From contig CABMCB010000071.1 in NCBI GenBank assembly GCA_902384455.1, forward strand, positions 1 through 64,000: a DNA stretch of 64,000 bases, given 5' to 3'. The position numbers and the translations under genes were made by a program. This document shows positions 59,308-64,000 of this stretch, in pieces. Position 1 is the stretch's first letter; each line of letters opens with the position of its first letter. The notes below the pieces were generated by a model. It did no database searches, was not told the DNA's origin, and saw nothing but the letters and a program-made list of their open reading frames with translations. This DNA comes from an uncultured archaeon (GTDB taxonomy: Archaea > Altiarchaeota > Altiarchaeia > IMC4 > SCGC-AAA252-I15).

Positions 59308-60195
59308 CTATACGTTGAGTGAGAGTACAATCAGATTCCAGCCCGTATATAAGCTTGTTTGGAAGGGCGATATGCTACAGGGGCTGGAGCATCCCAGAGA
59401 GCGGCCTTCGTCCGTCCAGTTGTAGACCGTGTCGCAGGTGTTGTTGTTTCCTGTGTTGTTGGCGTCGCTTGATATGTCAAGCCATGTGGATGCTGCCTGA
59501 TTGTTTGCGCAGAATGTGTTGCCTGTGAGGTTGTTTCCGCTGGCCGTTGTCCCCAAGAAAGTCATCCCGTTATATGCGCTGTAGTTTACGGTATTGCCGA
59601 AAATGACGTTCCCGCTGGTAAAGGTAAAGGCCGTGGAATTGACGAATATTCCGTAGCTGCTGTAGAGGACGGTGTTGTGGGCGAGGGTGTTGTTTTGCCC
59701 GTCCCGCATGTAGATTCCATAGGAAGTGTGGTTGAGGAGGGTGTTGTTCTCGAGGCGGCAGTTCTGGGATCCCGTCAGCCATATGCCGGTTGTGAACCGT
59801 TCTATGACGCAGTTTTGCACTATAACGCCGGTTCTCGTCGGCAAATATATCCCATAGCCTGAGCCGCTTCCCCTGAGCGTGTTTCCGCCGCAGTCGAACG
59901 TCCTTTCCGAGAAAAAGCGTTGGTCGATGCAGTTTCCGCTGTAGTTTGAGACGGGTACACTGCCGGAATACCAGACTAATGTCGCGCAGTGTGTGCTGTC
60001 GCCCAGCGCGCCTGAGCAGTCCAGGCATGCGTTGGTGGCGCTTCCGCCCAAGGAGGTGTCGCCGTTTCCGCAGGCGCACGTGTCGTTTCCGGCCTGAGAA
60101 TAGGCGGCGGCATATCCTGCGTGCAGGAGGGTGAACGCGAGAATCAGGGACAGAAGAGCTAAAGCGAGAAGCCCCGTTGTTCGCTGCGGTGCCAC
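59308..60195 (-). CDS. Secreted beta-helix (NosD-like) protein, paralog of 44338-45210, with C-terminal GWNL tag
   Basis: Shared YS.AG...C.CGNG.T.LGG.AT.AC.DCS.ALGD; ends FQTSLYTGWNLIVLSLNV; start uncertain (GTG 60195 or TTG 60231). Confidence 0.85.
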   Translation of the reverse strand: MAPQRTTGLLALALLSLILAFTLLHAGYAAAYSQAGNDTCACGNGDTSLGGSATNACLDCSGALGDSTHCATLVWYSGSVPVSNYSGNCIDQRFFSERTFDCGGNTLRGSGSGYGIYLPTRTGVIVQNCVIERFTTGIWLTGSQNCRLENNTLLNHTSYGIYMRDGQNNTLAHNTVLYSSYGIFVNSTAFTFTSGNVIFGNTVNYSAYNGMTFLGTTASGNNLTGNTFCANNQAASTWLDISSDANNTGNNNTCDTVYNWTDEGRSLGCSSPCSISPFQTSLYTGWNLIVLSLNV

Positions 60196-60272
60196 ATGAA
60201 ACCTTACGCGTATCCAGTTAAAACTTGGCAAGAAATTTAAAAAGGGAAAAATAGGCCGGACATGTATCGCCT

Positions 60273-61754
<1,482 letters not shown>

Positions 61755-61759
61755 TTGCG

Positions 61760-62362
61760 ATGACAGTCAAACTTACCGATAACGAGAAGAAAGTCCTTGA
61801 GTTCCTGCTCACGGACGGGCGGACATCCGCGACAGAAATAGGAAAGCACCTTGGAATCACTCCCCAAGCTGCAGGAAAAATCAAAGACAAACTAGAGGAG
61901 AAAGGAATCATCAAAGGATACACTGCAATAGTCGACTACTCAAAAGTCGGAATCTCAGTATTCGCAATAGGCTTCTTCAAATTCAAGTCCGGCGCATGGA
62001 CGCGGCTGGAAGACGAAGACATAACCAACCGCATGAGCGGCCCGCATCTTATACGCGTATTCCGCTTCCAAGAAGGAGAATTCACCCACATGGTAGTCTA
62101 CGGATTCCGCTCAATAATGGAACTCGACCACTACTTCCACATACTCCAAACCGAAAGAGGACACATCTCAGAACTCAAAAAACTTTACGTGCTTTCAGAA
62201 TCGAGCATACTCAAAGATTCCCCAAACGAACTCCTGGTGAAAGCAATACAAGAACTAGGCAAAGAAACACTAGCACGGCCGGAGCAGCCGCCTTCTAGCA
62301 GGTATTCTGTAAAGGGTACAACTTTAAAGGATGTTCGGGGTCCAAAGTTATCATTGCGATGA
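61760..62362 (+). CDS. Lrp/AsnC-family transcriptional regulator
   Basis: DGRTSATEIGKHLGIT, KLEEKGIIKGYTAIVDYSKVG. Confidence 0.9.
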   Translation: MTVKLTDNEKKVLEFLLTDGRTSATEIGKHLGITPQAAGKIKDKLEEKGIIKGYTAIVDYSKVGISVFAIGFFKFKSGAWTRLEDEDITNRMSGPHLIRVFRFQEGEFTHMVVYGFRSIMELDHYFHILQTERGHISELKKLYVLSESSILKDSPNELLVKAIQELGKETLARPEQPPSSRYSVKGTTLKDVRGPKLSLR

Positions 62363-62378
62363 TATGGACTGTGTTTTT

Positions 62379-63437
62379 ATGACGCGGCGGCTGGTTGTTG
62401 GCGTGGTTCTTGTCTGTTTGGTTCTTTGGGGAGTTGTTGTTTCTGAATCTATGTCCCGTGACTTGAGCGTCGATGTTGTTCAAGGTTTTCACGTGTCCAA
62501 TATTTCAAGGGTGGTTTTGGTCTCTTGGGATGGCGTGAGGGTTGCACGGCTTAATGATATGCTAGCGTCGGGTGAATTGGGGAATTTGTCTGCTATTATA
62601 GCTGAAGGGCGGATTACCAACGTCACAATCGCGGATCATTCGGTTACTACGACTGCCCCCGGTCATGCGGCGATGTTGTCTGGCTACGGAAGTAGTGCGT
62701 CTGGAGTGGTGAATAACACATGCGGGATTTCGCTACCTTTAGGGTACTCTGTTTTTGAGCGGCTTAATGCGTCTGTTCTTGGGCTGGCGACTGGTTCTGT
62801 CTGGGGTAAAAGTACTTGCTATGTGCCTGATAGCCTGTTGTCTAATGCTAGGCAGTCCATCTGGTGGTGGGGGAACTTTTCTTTGATTGGCGGTAAGTAC
62901 TCTTCGTCGCGTGCCCGCGCCGGGGGTGTGGCCAACGAGTCGCTTAAGTTTCTTTCGCAATATGGGAACGGGAGTTTCTTTTTGTTCGTTCATTTTACAG
63001 ACCCTGATTATGCGGGTCACATTTTCAGCGAGGGTAGTGCAGAGTATCGGGCCGCCCTTGTGGAGGCGGACGGTGGATTAGGGATTATTACCGAAGAATT
63101 GCGAACGTTAGGTGTGTATAATGAGACGGTGATTATTATCACGACTGATCATGGGTTTGAGGAAAATGGCGCAGGTCATACGTCGGGCGGAGTCAGTAAC
63201 CCCGACTTGTCTGTATTGTTTGTGGCAAGCAACAAAGGGTGGGCTGTCGCGCGGGAAGGCGACCGTAAGGAAACAGATGTTGCGGCGACAGTTTACGATT
63301 TATTCAACGTTAATTCTTCGGCTTTCGTTCCTGCTCTGGATGGAACCTCCCTCGCGGTTCTGCCGGGTAATTTTGCCGTAGGTCTTTCGCCAGGATGGAA
63401 CTTGCTGTCTATCCCGTTTAGCCTTAATTTTGCCTGA
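62379..63437 (+). CDS. Secreted alkaline-phosphatase-superfamily enzyme with C-terminal GWNLLSIP tag
   Basis: LVSWDG, TTAPGHAAMLSG, PDYAGH, TTDHG; ends FAVGLSPGWNLLSIPFSLNFA. Confidence 0.88.
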   Translation: MTRRLVVGVVLVCLVLWGVVVSESMSRDLSVDVVQGFHVSNISRVVLVSWDGVRVARLNDMLASGELGNLSAIIAEGRITNVTIADHSVTTTAPGHAAMLSGYGSSASGVVNNTCGISLPLGYSVFERLNASVLGLATGSVWGKSTCYVPDSLLSNARQSIWWWGNFSLIGGKYSSSRARAGGVANESLKFLSQYGNGSFFLFVHFTDPDYAGHIFSEGSAEYRAALVEADGGLGIITEELRTLGVYNETVIIITTDHGFEENGAGHTSGGVSNPDLSVLFVASNKGWAVAREGDRKETDVAATVYDLFNVNSSAFVPALDGTSLAVLPGNFAVGLSPGWNLLSIPFSLNFA

Positions 63438-64000
63438 TAGTGTGTCTTCCTTGTTTTATGGCGTTGGCGCACGCTTCCTCCAGCGCCTCCGCAAGAGTTG
63501 GGTGAGCGTGTATCGTTCCAGCAACGTCGGCGAGTGTGGCGTTGAGTTTTATCGCTAGTGCCGCTTCGGCAATGAGGTCTGTCGCCTGAGCGCCAATCAT
63601 GTGGACGGCAATTATCCTCTTTGTTTTGGCGTCAGCAATTACCTTAACGAAACCTTCGCGTTCGGCCATGGCGTGGGCTTTGCCGAGTATGGCGTATTCC
63701 GAGCGTCCGACGGTTATATCCCCTTTTTTGTGCGCCTCGTCTTCAGTAGGTCCTACTGTGCCTATTTCGGGTAGGGTGAATATTGCTGATGGTAGTGGTG
63801 ATGTTGTATGTTGGGTTTTTTTGAGTATGTGTGCTGCGGCTGTGTCCGCTTGGTGGTATGCTGCGTGTGCGTATTGCGGTCCGCCTGTGACGTCTCCGAC
63901 TGCGTATATCCCTTTTATGTTTGTCTGCTGGTTTTCGTCGGTTGGAATGCCTTTTTTTGGGTCGTATTTGACGCCGATTTTTTTGAGCGGCTCTTCGTTG
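63424..64000 (-). CDS. lpdA: Dihydrolipoamide dehydrogenase (3' part; runs off window end)
   Basis: GIYAVGDV, AIFTLPEI, EGFVKVI, IHAHPTLAEA. Confidence 0.88.
   Translation of the reverse strand, partial: NEEPLKKIGVKYDPKKGIPTDENQQTNIKGIYAVGDVTGGPQYAHAAYHQADTAAAHILKKTQHTTSPLPSAIFTLPEIGTVGPTEDEAHKKGDITVGRSEYAILGKAHAMAEREGFVKVIADAKTKRIIAVHMIGAQATDLIAEAALAIKLNATLADVAGTIHAHPTLAEALEEACANAIKQGRHTIRQN

Overview
Gene-dense archaeal chromosome segment. Cdc6/Orc1, MCM, RadA, LonB, archaeal MAT, NAC, aMBF1, Elp3, Dph5, phosphopantothenate synthetase, HMG-CoA synthase/thiolase/DUF35 and intron-containing tRNAs identify it as archaeal. An Altiarchaeota/DPANN-like lineage is my inference and was not tested. 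The window holds housekeeping genes, a Pst phosphate ABC system, an SsuA/NMT1-type ABC system, a stand-alone 5S rRNA, tRNA-Trp(CCA) and tRNA-Arg(UCG), several secreted or S-layer-like proteins and about eight cytoplasmic orphans. No CRISPR array, integrase or transposase was seen. The best candidate for an undescribed system is a short terminal tag, [FY]-x3-[LM]-x2-[GD]-W-N-[LS]-[IL]-x-[IVL]-P, with no transmembrane helix. It occurs on five exported proteins of four unrelated folds, one of which is the tag fused to an isolated S-layer domain, suggesting a surface-sorting or docking system. Other highlights: kilobase-scale G+T versus A+C strand-composition blocks that ignore gene orientation; tRNA fragments with palindromic inserts flanking single foreign genes; a PstB-TusA-like fusion; crossed 37-bp bidirectional promoters; and orphans with degenerate kinase, phosphatase, GNAT, zincin, JAMM and EreA/ChaN-like folds. 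All calls come from motif recognition by eye; no searches were run.
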